A DNA stretch of 64,000 bases from an uncultured Alphaproteobacteria bacterium. Lineage in GTDB: Bacteria; Pseudomonadota; Alphaproteobacteria; RF32; CAG-239. The notes beneath the pieces were generated by a model that worked only from the letters and a program-made list of their open reading frames with translations, had not been told where the DNA came from and searched no databases. Below, in pieces: positions 20,275 through 30,345 of this stretch. Position 1 is the stretch's first letter. Each line of letters opens with the position of its first letter. Where the stretch lies: contig CALXTD010000004.1 in NCBI GenBank assembly GCA_944391315.1, positions 3,973 through 67,972 of the forward strand. Reading direction: 5' to 3'. The position numbers were made by a program, and so were the translations under genes.

Positions 20275-21279
20275 ATGGCTTATAGTAAATATTTGCGCGG
20301 ATTGATGGATAAAGCAAAGCTGTTGCATAAGACTATTGTTTTACCTGAGGGTGAAGATTTGCGCATTTTGGAGGCGGCTCATATTATTGCTTCTGAAAAA
20401 GTGGCAAAAATTATTATTCTCGGTGATGAAGATGAAATCAAAAATCATTTTGCTTCCAAAGGCTGGGGTTTAGATGATATTTCTATTGTTAAGCCGGAAA
20501 ACTCTCCGCATTTGCAGGAATATACCAATTTGTTGTATGAACTGCGCAAGGATAAAGGTTTAACGCAAGAAGATGCCGCAAAATTAGCTCTTAATTATAA
20601 CTATTTTGGAACACTGATGATTAAGGCCGGTCATGCTGACGGTATGGTTTCGGGCGCTAATCATTCAACTGCTGATACCGTTCGTCCGGCTTTGCAGATT
20701 ATTAAATCTGCCAAAAAAGGTCGCTCTGTTTCTTCTTGTTTGATTATGGTTTCAAATGACAAGCCTTATCTGTTTTCGGACTGTGCCATCGTGATTAATC
20801 CGACAGACCGCGAAATGGCAGACATTGCCCTTGATGCTGCAGAAAGTGCTTTGAAGTTTGGAATCGAGGCTAACGTAGCCATGTTGTCTTATTCAACTTA
20901 TGGATCCGGTAAAGGTGATGGGGTTGATAAAGTTAAACGTGCAACCGAGTTAGCTAAAGCCGATTTGAAGAGTGATGAATATAAAGATTTGCCTATTCGA
21001 ATCGATGGAGAAATGCAGGCTGATGCTGCCCTTGATGAAGTTGTGGCTAAGAAAAAAGCTTCTGCCAGTGAAGTTGCCGGTAAAGCCCGCGTTTTAATCT
21101 TTCCGTCACTTGAGGCCGGAAATATCGGTTATAAACTTTTGCAACGTCTTGGCGGTTGTGAGGCTTATGGTCCCATGCTTCAAGGGTTGAATGCTCCGGT
21201 TAATGATTTGTCTCGCGGAGCGTTGGTAGATGATATTGTTGGTGTTATTGCCATTACGGCTTTGCAGGCACAAAAGTAA
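20275..21279 (+). CDS. pta: Phosphate acetyltransferase (short PTA_PTB-only form)
   Basis: IVLPEGEDLRILEAA; SGANHSTADTVRPALQII; adjacent to ackA. Confidence 0.92.
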   Translation: MAYSKYLRGLMDKAKLLHKTIVLPEGEDLRILEAAHIIASEKVAKIIILGDEDEIKNHFASKGWGLDDISIVKPENSPHLQEYTNLLYELRKDKGLTQEDAAKLALNYNYFGTLMIKAGHADGMVSGANHSTADTVRPALQIIKSAKKGRSVSSCLIMVSNDKPYLFSDCAIVINPTDREMADIALDAAESALKFGIEANVAMLSYSTYGSGKGDGVDKVKRATELAKADLKSDEYKDLPIRIDGEMQADAALDEVVAKKKASASEVAGKARVLIFPSLEAGNIGYKLLQRLGGCEAYGPMLQGLNAPVNDLSRGALVDDIVGVIAITALQAQK

Positions 21280-21291
21280 CGGGAGGTTTGG

Positions 21292-22473
21292 ATGAAAAAA
21301 ATTTTGGTTCTTAACTCAGGTTCTTCTTCTCTGAAATATCAGCTTTTTGATGTTGAAGGCGATAATTATACCGTTGTGGCAAAAGGTAATGCTGAGAGAA
21401 TCGGTATTTATGGTTCTTTTGTCAGCATTAAAGCCGGTGATAATGATAAGGTTATTAAAGAAGTGGCTCTGCCTTCTCATAATGAGGCTATCCGCGAAGT
21501 TTTGAATCTTTTGCTGGGCAGTGTTTTGAAAAGTCTTGATGAACTTGATGGTGTCGGTCACAGGGTGGTTCAAGGCGGAAGCTATTTTGACCGCTCAGTT
21601 TTGGTTGATGATGAAGTTTTGCAAAAAATTGATGATCTATCAACTTTAGCACCGCTGCATAATCCGGCTGCCGTTCTTGGTATTAAGGCGGTTAAAAATG
21701 CATTGCCGAATGTGCCGCAAGTTGTGGCTTTTGATACGGCTTTTCATCAGACAATGCCGCGTGCCGCTTATTTGTATCCGTTGCCTTATGAACAATATAG
21801 CGAGCATCAAATTCGTCGCTATGGTGCTCACGGAACATCTCATAAGTATGTTTCCGAAGCTGCGGCTAAGCTTATGGGCAAAACCGGAAAATTTGTGACT
21901 TGTCACCTTGGTAACGGAGCTTCAATCTCTGCTGTGGTTGATGGCAAGTGTGTTGATACGTCTATGGGATTTACGCCTTTGGCCGGTATTATGATGGGAA
22001 CTCGTTGCGGTGATATTGATCCGTATATTCCGCTTCATATTATGAAATATCAGCGTAAAACCGTTGATGAGGTTAATGATATGCTGAACAAACAAAGCGG
22101 TATGCTTGGTTTGTGCGGTTATTCTGATAATCGTGATGTTGAACAAAAGTGCAAGGAAGGTGATGAAAAAGCTCTTGCCGCGATGGAAGTTTATGTTCAC
22201 ACGATTATTCGTTTTATCGGGTCATATATCGCAGTTATGGGCGGTGTTGATGCGATTATCTTTACGGCGGGAATCGGCGAAAATGCACCTTCTTTACGTA
22301 AGGAAATTTGTAAGCGCTTGGCTTATCTCGGAATTGGGCTTAATGAAGAGAAAAATGCTTTGAGAGGCGAAACGGTCGAGATTTCGACTCCGGATTCTAA
22401 CGTTAAGGTCTTTGTTATTCCGACAAACGAAGAGCTTATGATTGCCAAAGATACGGTCAATTTGGTAAAATAA
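21292..22473 (+). CDS. ackA: Acetate kinase
   Basis: ILVLNSGSSSLKYQLF; AFDTAFHQTMP; RRYGAHGTSH; FTAGIGENA; IPTNEELMIA. Confidence 0.97.
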   Translation: MKKILVLNSGSSSLKYQLFDVEGDNYTVVAKGNAERIGIYGSFVSIKAGDNDKVIKEVALPSHNEAIREVLNLLLGSVLKSLDELDGVGHRVVQGGSYFDRSVLVDDEVLQKIDDLSTLAPLHNPAAVLGIKAVKNALPNVPQVVAFDTAFHQTMPRAAYLYPLPYEQYSEHQIRRYGAHGTSHKYVSEAAAKLMGKTGKFVTCHLGNGASISAVVDGKCVDTSMGFTPLAGIMMGTRCGDIDPYIPLHIMKYQRKTVDEVNDMLNKQSGMLGLCGYSDNRDVEQKCKEGDEKALAAMEVYVHTIIRFIGSYIAVMGGVDAIIFTAGIGENAPSLRKEICKRLAYLGIGLNEEKNALRGETVEISTPDSNVKVFVIPTNEELMIAKDTVNLVK

Positions 22474-22486
22474 TTTGTTTTTTGGA

Positions 22487-22521
22487 AAGGGCAGGACTTT
22501 TTAAGCCATTGCCCTTTTTTT
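22487..22521 (+). terminator. Terminator candidate after ackA
   Basis: AAGGGCA..(16-nt loop)..TGCCCTT followed by TTTTT; large loop lowers confidence. Confidence 0.45.
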
Positions 22522-22582
22522 AATATAATTACAGATTATATTTTTTTCTGACCGTTAAAAAAATTTTTTTCAGGAGGAACTT

Positions 22583-23089
22583 ATGAATAAATTTTCTTTT
22601 GCTTTGATTGCCGCTCTTTTGGCTAGCGGAAGTGCTATGGCAGAAATGTCTGCCGAGGCGCAAAATGTCCCTTCTTCAAATCAACAAGAAGTGGAAGTTT
22701 TTGGTGAAGCCGAAAATGCTAATGGAACAGAAAATGTTATGTTTTTAGAGCAAAGCAACAGTAACGAAAATCCTCTTGGAAATCCGATTGTTGAGCAGCC
22801 TACCGATAATTCATCAAATGCATCAGCAGGAATGACAGCAGATGCTTCGACTCCGGATGTTTCGGTTGCTCCAGCGGCTCCGGCACCGTCTAATGTTGTT
22901 TCAGAGTCTGAGCCTCAAGATCCGACTATTGCTCAAGAGCCGAATCCGGCACAGGTTAATAATCAGATTCAAAACACGCTTTATGAGTCTGATGGTAGAA
23001 TTTATGATGTTCAATCTTATCCGGACACGGATGTTGAGCGGATTCAGGCTGAACCTCAACCAACCATTACGGATTATCCAACATATTAA
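22583..23089 (+). CDS. Secreted low-complexity (Asn/Gln/Pro/Ser/Glu-rich) protein
   Basis: Signal peptide MNKFSFALIAALLASGSAMA; RBS AGGAGGA upstream; strong terminator downstream. Confidence 0.6.
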   Translation: MNKFSFALIAALLASGSAMAEMSAEAQNVPSSNQQEVEVFGEAENANGTENVMFLEQSNSNENPLGNPIVEQPTDNSSNASAGMTADASTPDVSVAPAAPAPSNVVSESEPQDPTIAQEPNPAQVNNQIQNTLYESDGRIYDVQSYPDTDVERIQAEPQPTITDYPTY

Positions 23090-23105
23090 TGTATTGAAAA
23101 TTCAG

Positions 23106-23141
23106 AAAAACCTCACTTTTTAACAAAAAGTGAGGTTTTTT
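23106..23141 (+). terminator. Rho-independent terminator
   Basis: AAAAACCTCACTTTTT-AAC-AAAAAGTGAGGTTTTTT. Confidence 0.8.
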
Positions 23142-23252
23142 GTCAAAAAAAATAATTTTAGGGCTAGCATTGTCTTTAAAAATGTGATATATTGTGCGCG
23201 TCAAAGGGCGAGAGAGCTCTCGCATTAATCATTTTATAATAGGTTTGAAGGA

Positions 23253-23765
23253 GTGATGATGAATAAAAAACTTTCTTCGGGTATTGCTTTTAATTCAGGG
23301 GATTTTGTTGTATATCCAGCTCATGGTGTCGGTAAAGTTTCTGATATTTCTAAGCAGAAAATTGCCGGTTCGGAATTGGAATTGATTGTGGTTAATTTTG
23401 ATAAAGATAAAATGACACTTCGTATTCCTATGGCAAAAGCAGATACCGTCGGGTTGCGTAAAATTTCTGAAGCGTCGACTATGGATGATGCCGTTAATGT
23501 TCTTAAAGGCAAGGCAAAGGTTAAAAAGATTATGTGGTCGCGTCGTGCTCAGGAATATGAAAACAAAATTAATTCCGGCAATCCGATTGCCATTGCTGAG
23601 GTTGTTCGCGATTTGTATCGTCAGGATAATTTGGCCGAGCAGTCTTATAGCGAACGTCAGATTTATGAGCAAGCTCTTGGTCGTCTTGCTAATGAATATG
23701 CCGTTTGTCACAATATTTCTTCAGACGAGGCTACTCAGAAATTGATAGAGGTTTTGGCTAAGTAA
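23253..23765 (+). CDS. carD: CarD/CdnL family RNA polymerase-binding transcription regulator
   Basis: FNSGDFVVYPAHGVGKV..I...EL.VV.F N-terminal domain typical of CarD_CdnL_TRCF. Confidence 0.85.
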   Translation: MMMNKKLSSGIAFNSGDFVVYPAHGVGKVSDISKQKIAGSELELIVVNFDKDKMTLRIPMAKADTVGLRKISEASTMDDAVNVLKGKAKVKKIMWSRRAQEYENKINSGNPIAIAEVVRDLYRQDNLAEQSYSERQIYEQALGRLANEYAVCHNISSDEATQKLIEVLAK

Positions 23766-23789
23766 AAAATCTTTTATCTTCCATGGTTG

Positions 23790-23815
23790 GAGGGGCAGTT
23801 GCCCCTCTTTTTTTG
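23790..23815 (+). terminator. Rho-independent terminator after carD
   Basis: AGGGGC-AGTT-GCCCCT followed by CTTTTTTT. Confidence 0.75.
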
Positions 23816-23977
23816 TTATCGAATCGAAAAATTTATATTTTTTAAAATCAATAGTTTTTTTTGCTCTTGCAAATATGTGTGGATAATGCTGTGAACAAGT
23901 TGTTATCCGGTTGCTTCATTATTTTTCAAAATTTAAAATTTATTTGTAATTGTTTCTTTTCAAGGATTTTTTTTGAA

Positions 23978-24409
23978 ATGATAAATGAAGAAAATTTTGT
24001 AACTTCGGCAACAGATGATATTGTTATTTCAGCTTGCACGGTTGAGTTGGAGCAAGATGAAAAAGACTTTGAAAACAAAGATAAATTTGTTTACGGTTAC
24101 TATTTGTGTATTGAAAATAATTCTTCAGAAAAAATTCAGCTGGTTGGTAAAAACTGGAATATTACCGACGCAAAGGGAAATAATTTTCGTGATGATTCTT
24201 TAGGCTTTAAGGGTGAGATTCCGACACTGGAGCCCGGAGAATATTATGAATTTACAAGTGTGGCGCCTTTATCAACGCCAAGCGCGGTTTTTTACGGGAG
24301 CTGCAAGGTGTTTAAGGAAGGTTGCGGCGTTACCGAAGATGTTAAGGTTCCGACATTTTTGCTGGGGAATCGTTCTGATTCTTTGGAAACACCGCTGGTA
24401 TTGAATTAA
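23978..24409 (+). CDS. apaG: ApaG (DUF525) domain protein
   Basis: ATG 23978 (MINEENF); YGYYLCIENNSSEKIQLVGKNWNITDAKGN..GFKGEIPTLEPGEYYEFTS matches the ApaG pattern; upstream part of track ORF 23861 looks non-coding. Confidence 0.8.
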   Translation: MINEENFVTSATDDIVISACTVELEQDEKDFENKDKFVYGYYLCIENNSSEKIQLVGKNWNITDAKGNNFRDDSLGFKGEIPTLEPGEYYEFTSVAPLSTPSAVFYGSCKVFKEGCGVTEDVKVPTFLLGNRSDSLETPLVLN

Positions 24410-24415
24410 GCCTTC

Positions 24416-25816
24416 TTATTTGTTTTCAATCAACTGATTATATTCAGATTTTTTGTGAGCCAGCATTTGGCCGTTTTCGCCTTCAAGCGGAGCGAACTTG
24501 CGGGCAATCGTGTATTGCGGCAAATGTTGTTTGATTTCTGAAATATCCTGATTCCAAGCGGTTGGGCGAATGCGGATTTTTTTGCTTTGTCCGGCGGAAA
24601 CGCGCGGGGTGATTTCACCGCTGTCGGCGTCTTCAAATTCGCTTAATCTTAGTTTGATATTTTCCAGACTGTTTGGTGCTAAAAACTCAATTTCCTCATC
24701 GCTGTTGATGTAATTGCGAAGCTCAAAGATGGCGTCATCGCCTTGCCATTCAACAATCGAGCCGGCAAACAACCAGTCGCCTAATGTGCGGGTGTATTCG
24801 TAGTTTTGGCTGATGTTGGTGAGCTTTCCGTCGTGGAATCCGAGGCAGTAGCCGCGGTTTTGAAGAGTTTCTAATTCACCCATGTATTTTGTATAATCCC
24901 ATTCTTGCGGATTGTTATACCAGTCATCAATCGCTTTACGGTAAGTGCGAGCAACAATGCCGGCGTAGTATTCGGTTTTGTTGCGGCCTTCGACTTTGAG
25001 CGAATCCATACCGATGCTCAATAAGTCAGGTAAGCGCGGCAGCAAGCACATATCTTTTGAGTTTAAAATATAACCGCCGTGTTCATCCTCGACGACTTCA
25101 TAATATTCTCCGGGGCGGAATTCTTCTTCCAGCAAAAATTCAAAGCTGTCTTTGTTGTTTTCATCAATCACCAGTTCTTTTATTGTGCCGTCTTTGAGGC
25201 GGAGGTGAAGTTTGTAATGCCAACGGCAGCAGTGTGCGCATTTGCCTTGATTGGCGCTGCGGTCAGCTAAATAGTTGGAAATCAGGCAACGTCCGGAATA
25301 AGACATACACATGGCGCCATGCATAAAACATTCAAGCAAAACATCGGGGCAGTCTTTGCGGATTTGCTTCATTTCTTCAAAAGTGACTTCACGTCCTAAA
25401 ACGCAGAGTTTGGCGCCTTGTTGCTGCCAAAACTTTACGGCCAGAGATGAACAGATATTGGCCTGTGTTGAAACAAATAAATTTAGTTCCGGTGCGTGTT
25501 CTTTGACATACATGAAAACTCCAGGGTCGGCAATCAGAACGCCATCGGGTTTTAATTGGCGCAGGGTATCAACAAAGGTTGGAAGTTTTTCAACGTCGCG
25601 GTTGTGCATGAACAAGTTTAATGTCAGGTATATTTTTTTGCCACGTTCATGAGCAAAGGCTATGCCTTCTTGTAAATCTTCCATGGTCATTTTTGATTGT
25701 GCGCGCAAGCACATATCCGGCGTGCCGGCGTAAACGGCATCGGCACCGTATAAAATGGCGGTCTTTAATTTTGTCAGCGAGCCGGCCGGCAAGAGTAATT
25801 CAGCTTTTTGCAGCAT
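24416..25816 (-). CDS. Peptidase U32 family protein (YegQ/TrhP-like RNA hydroxylation factor type)
   Basis: ELLLPAGSL..LKTAILYGADAVYAG N-terminus; Cys cluster MHGAMCMSYSGRC..GKCAHCCRWHY. Confidence 0.85.
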   Translation of the reverse strand: MLQKAELLLPAGSLTKLKTAILYGADAVYAGTPDMCLRAQSKMTMEDLQEGIAFAHERGKKIYLTLNLFMHNRDVEKLPTFVDTLRQLKPDGVLIADPGVFMYVKEHAPELNLFVSTQANICSSLAVKFWQQQGAKLCVLGREVTFEEMKQIRKDCPDVLLECFMHGAMCMSYSGRCLISNYLADRSANQGKCAHCCRWHYKLHLRLKDGTIKELVIDENNKDSFEFLLEEEFRPGEYYEVVEDEHGGYILNSKDMCLLPRLPDLLSIGMDSLKVEGRNKTEYYAGIVARTYRKAIDDWYNNPQEWDYTKYMGELETLQNRGYCLGFHDGKLTNISQNYEYTRTLGDWLFAGSIVEWQGDDAIFELRNYINSDEEIEFLAPNSLENIKLRLSEFEDADSGEITPRVSAGQSKKIRIRPTAWNQDISEIKQHLPQYTIARKFAPLEGENGQMLAHKKSEYNQLIENK

Positions 25817-25898
25817 TTTTTTATTCCCAGTTAGTCTTTCCTTAAATCTTTTGTTCGCATACTAACATAAAAATTTATATTTTAAAGGATTTAATGCT

Positions 25899-26807
25899 AT
25901 GAAAAAAGTTATGGTTCTGATGGGCGGCTTTTCGGCCGAACGTGAGGTTAGCCTTGTCAGCGGAAAAGGTGTGGCCGAGGCATTGCGTCACAAAGGTTGT
26001 GAGGTTTTGGAATATGATTTGCGGGATGCATGGAATCTGATTGAAGTTTTGCGCCGCGAAAAGCCAGATGTCGTGTTTAATGCTTTGCACGGCAATTGGG
26101 GCGAAGACGGTGAAATTCAAGGTCTGTTGGATTTGTTGCAAATTCCTTATACGCATTCCGGTCTTAAAGCCTCGGCCGTTGGGATGGATAAAGCGCTTAC
26201 CAAGCTAGTGGCGGCTGATTGCGGAATAAAAATTGCCGAATCCGAGAAAATGACTTTTGCCGAATTTAAGAAGCTCGGAACGAAAATCCCTCTGCCTTAT
26301 GTGGTTAAGCCGGTGGCTGACGGTTCAAGCGTCGGCGTGTTTATTGTAAAAACGCAAAAAGATGTGGCTCAGGTTGTTTATCCTGATGAACAGGCTCTTA
26401 TTCTTGTTGAAAAATATATTGCCGGACGCGAATTGACTTGTGCCGTGTTTGGTAATCGCGCCTTGGCGGTTACCGAGCTTTGTCCGCAGACAGATTTTTA
26501 TGATTATCAGGCAAAATACACAACCGGAATGACAAAGCATGTTTTGCCGGCAGATTTGCCCCAAGCGGTTGAAGATAAAGTCAAAGATTATGCTTTGCGC
26601 TTGCATCAGGCATTGGGATGTAATATGCTGTCACGTAGTGATTTTCGTTATAATGACGAAGACGGTGTGGTTTTGTTGGAAGTTAACACAAACCCCGGAA
26701 TGACGCCGCTTTCTTTGGTGCCGGAGCAAGCAAAATATTGCGGGATTTCGTATGAAGACTTGTGCTATCGTTTGGTGATGGAAGGTGCAAAAACTCGAAA
26801 ATTATAA
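25899..26807 (+). CDS. ddl: D-alanine--D-alanine ligase
   Basis: GGFSAEREVSLVSG; VVFNALHGNWGEDGEIQGLLDLLQIPYTHSG; LLEVNTNPGMT. Confidence 0.95.
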   Translation: MKKVMVLMGGFSAEREVSLVSGKGVAEALRHKGCEVLEYDLRDAWNLIEVLRREKPDVVFNALHGNWGEDGEIQGLLDLLQIPYTHSGLKASAVGMDKALTKLVAADCGIKIAESEKMTFAEFKKLGTKIPLPYVVKPVADGSSVGVFIVKTQKDVAQVVYPDEQALILVEKYIAGRELTCAVFGNRALAVTELCPQTDFYDYQAKYTTGMTKHVLPADLPQAVEDKVKDYALRLHQALGCNMLSRSDFRYNDEDGVVLLEVNTNPGMTPLSLVPEQAKYCGISYEDLCYRLVMEGAKTRKL

Positions 26808-26818
26808 GGGGTGAGGTT

Positions 26819-27754
26819 ATGAAAAATGTTATCGTCGTTATTGCCGGTCCGACGGCTTCGGGAAAATCAGGGCTTGCTCTTGATGTGGCTGAGGCTTTTG
26901 GTGGTGCGGTGGTTAATGCTGATTCAATGCAGGTTTATGCCGATACGCCTCTTCTTTCCGCTTGTCCGAGTGATGATGATAAAAAGCGCGTTCCTCACTA
27001 TCTTTATCAGATGTGGCCGGCGGCAAAAAATGGTTCGGTCGTTGATTGGCTCAGTGAAGCTGAAAAAGTTATCCGTCTTTTATGGTTTCAGGAAAAAATT
27101 CCGGTTGTGGTTGGCGGAACGGGGCTTTATCTTGACAATTTGATTAACGGAACAACGCCTATTCCGGAAACATCTTCTGAAGTGCGGTTGAAAGTTGCTC
27201 AGATTTTGAATGAAAAAGGAGTTAATGGGCTTCATCAAATGCTGGCGGTTTATGATGAAGAAACGGCGCAGCGGCTTTCTCCGAATGATACAACGCGTGT
27301 TCGTCGAGCCATGGAAGTTTTTTATGATACAGGAAAGCCACTTTCTTATTGGCACAGCTTGCCAAAAATAAAAAGGCTTCCCGAGGCGCGTTTTTTTAGT
27401 GTTAAGCTGGTTCCATCTATTCGTGAATTGGAGGAAAATTGTTCCGTTCGGTTTGATAAGATGATTGAACAAGGCGCATTAGACGAAGTTAAAAAGCTTT
27501 CTGCTCTTCAGTTGAATGAAAAACTGCCGGCGATGCGCGCACTCGGTGTGCCCGAACTTTTGCGTTTTGTGCGACAAGAAATTTCTTTGCAAGAGGCGGT
27601 GGCTTTGGCAAAATTGCATACGCGTCAATATGCTAAACGTCAACGGACTTGGTTTAATAATCAAATGTTGGCTGATATTTTGTTTGAGCATTGTTATCGC
27701 GGTGAAAAAGAGCTTTTGGAAAATCTTATCGAAGGTGTGAAAAAACTGTTATAA
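26819..27754 (+). CDS. miaA: tRNA dimethylallyltransferase
   Basis: ATG 26819 gives MKNVIVVIAGPTASGKS P-loop; VVGGTGLYL. Confidence 0.93.
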   Translation: MKNVIVVIAGPTASGKSGLALDVAEAFGGAVVNADSMQVYADTPLLSACPSDDDKKRVPHYLYQMWPAAKNGSVVDWLSEAEKVIRLLWFQEKIPVVVGGTGLYLDNLINGTTPIPETSSEVRLKVAQILNEKGVNGLHQMLAVYDEETAQRLSPNDTTRVRRAMEVFYDTGKPLSYWHSLPKIKRLPEARFFSVKLVPSIRELEENCSVRFDKMIEQGALDEVKKLSALQLNEKLPAMRALGVPELLRFVRQEISLQEAVALAKLHTRQYAKRQRTWFNNQMLADILFEHCYRGEKELLENLIEGVKKLL

Positions 27755-27816
27755 ATTCTTGCAAGTATTGTATTATCGTTATACATATAATAATCAATTT
27801 GTATTTAATTTTATGA

Positions 27817-28878
<1,062 letters not shown>

Positions 28879-28951
28879 TTTTTTAATCAGAGTCGATGAA
28901 AGAGGCGGTTGAGCCTCTTTTGTCGGCTTTTTTACTTTTATCAGAGGTGTC

Positions 28952-29833
28952 ATGAAACGCAGAAGAGTCTTGTTTATGCAATTAAGCCAAATTCGGCAGT
29001 TGCTTAAAAAGTTTGCTCTGGTGATTTTGTTTCTTATTGCGTTTGTGATGATGTTGCTTAATAAAACAGATACGGCTCTTATTGACAAGACTTCTTCCGT
29101 CGCGACTGATGTTGTTACCCCTGTGGTTGATGTGTTGATTTTACCAGCACGGCTTTTGGCTAATGCTTATGATTATCTTAAAGATTTATCTTTAGCTCAT
29201 AAAGAAAATCAGTTTCTTAAGGCTGAGAATCGTCGTTTGCGCTTGGTGAGCGAAAGAGCTCGTTCTCTCGAAATAGAAAATCGTCTTTTAGCAAAACTTT
29301 TAAACTATGCACGTCCGGATGAAGAAAATCTTGTGACGGCCCGCGTTGTGGCTGAAGAGGGTGATGCTTTTTCTCATTCGCTTATTGCCTATACAGGCAA
29401 AGATTCTACTGCTCAGAAAGGGCAGATTGTTTTGACCGAAAAAGGCGTAGTCGGTAGACTTGATAAAGTCGGGCAGCTTTATAGCAAAATTCTTATGATT
29501 ACTGATATTAACTCACGAATTCCGGTGATGATAGAAAATACGCGTGTTCGTGGAATTTTGGCCGGTGATAATGAGCTGAATCCAAAGCTTGTTTTTACGC
29601 CGCTGTCGGCAAATATTCAAGAAGGTGACAGAGTTGTTACTTCCGGTGTGGCAGGCGTTTTCCCTGCAGGGTTGCCGGTGGGCGTGGTTTCTCATGTGTC
29701 TAAGCGTGAGATAAGGGTATTGCCGTTTGCGGATTTGAATAAAGTTGAGTATGTGAAGATTGTGTCTTTTCCTTTGGAAAGTCAGGAAGTCCTTTCCGAG
29801 ACAGTTGTTGATGAGGAGGCTGTCAATGAATGA
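28952..29833 (+). CDS. mreC: Rod-shape determining protein MreC
   Basis: N-terminal TM, coiled-coil ENQFLKAENRRLR, position between mreB and mreD. Confidence 0.88.
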   Translation: MKRRRVLFMQLSQIRQLLKKFALVILFLIAFVMMLLNKTDTALIDKTSSVATDVVTPVVDVLILPARLLANAYDYLKDLSLAHKENQFLKAENRRLRLVSERARSLEIENRLLAKLLNYARPDEENLVTARVVAEEGDAFSHSLIAYTGKDSTAQKGQIVLTEKGVVGRLDKVGQLYSKILMITDINSRIPVMIENTRVRGILAGDNELNPKLVFTPLSANIQEGDRVVTSGVAGVFPAGLPVGVVSHVSKREIRVLPFADLNKVEYVKIVSFPLESQEVLSETVVDEEAVNE

Positions 29834-30344
29834 GGACTGGGATGAGGCGCTTAAGCTCTCAATACAAAAAATGCTGCCTTTGCTGACATCTATTATTTGG
29901 GTAGCACTTTCTTATATGCCGTTTGATTTTTTGTTGCCGACAAATATTCATGCTAATGTGGCGGTTATTTGCGTTTATTATTGGGTTTTGCATCGACCGG
30001 ATGTTTTTAATCTGTTTTCGGTGTTTTTTTTAGGTCTGTTTGAAGATGTGTTAACTTCCGCTCCTTTGGGCTCAAGCATATTTCAGCTCTTGCTTTTGTA
30101 CGTGCTTGTCGGCTATATGGTTAAATATTTTAACGGAAAGTCTTTTGAGCTTTTGTGGCTTGGGTTTTTGCCATTGGCTTTTGTTGTGATGTTTGCTCGG
30201 TGGTTTGTGGTTTCTATTTATTATGCTGACTTTTTGCCTTTTGCTTTATTGATGTTTTCTTTTTTGTTGACGTCAGCCGTTTATCCTTTGGTGACATTGG
30301 TAAATGTTGGAATTCAGAATAAGCTTATGACGGACGAGGCGTGA
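29826..30344 (+). CDS. mreD: Rod-shape determining protein MreD
   Basis: ATG 29826 overlaps mreC stop (ATGAATGA); hydrophobic 172-aa product; operon position. Confidence 0.8.
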   Translation: MNEDWDEALKLSIQKMLPLLTSIIWVALSYMPFDFLLPTNIHANVAVICVYYWVLHRPDVFNLFSVFFLGLFEDVLTSAPLGSSIFQLLLLYVLVGYMVKYFNGKSFELLWLGFLPLAFVVMFARWFVVSIYYADFLPFALLMFSFLLTSAVYPLVTLVNVGIQNKLMTDEA

Positions 30345-30345
30345 T

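Noticed and set aside
23861-23977. N-terminal extensions implied by the ORF track (for example 5497, 14775, 23861, 26762, 29760, 37803, 44892, 45970, 50021, 56945, 61829)
   Set aside because: In each case an internal ATG/GTG with an RBS, or with a conserved family N-terminus, gives a better start. The upstream part overlaps a neighbouring gene or AT-rich promoter sequence.
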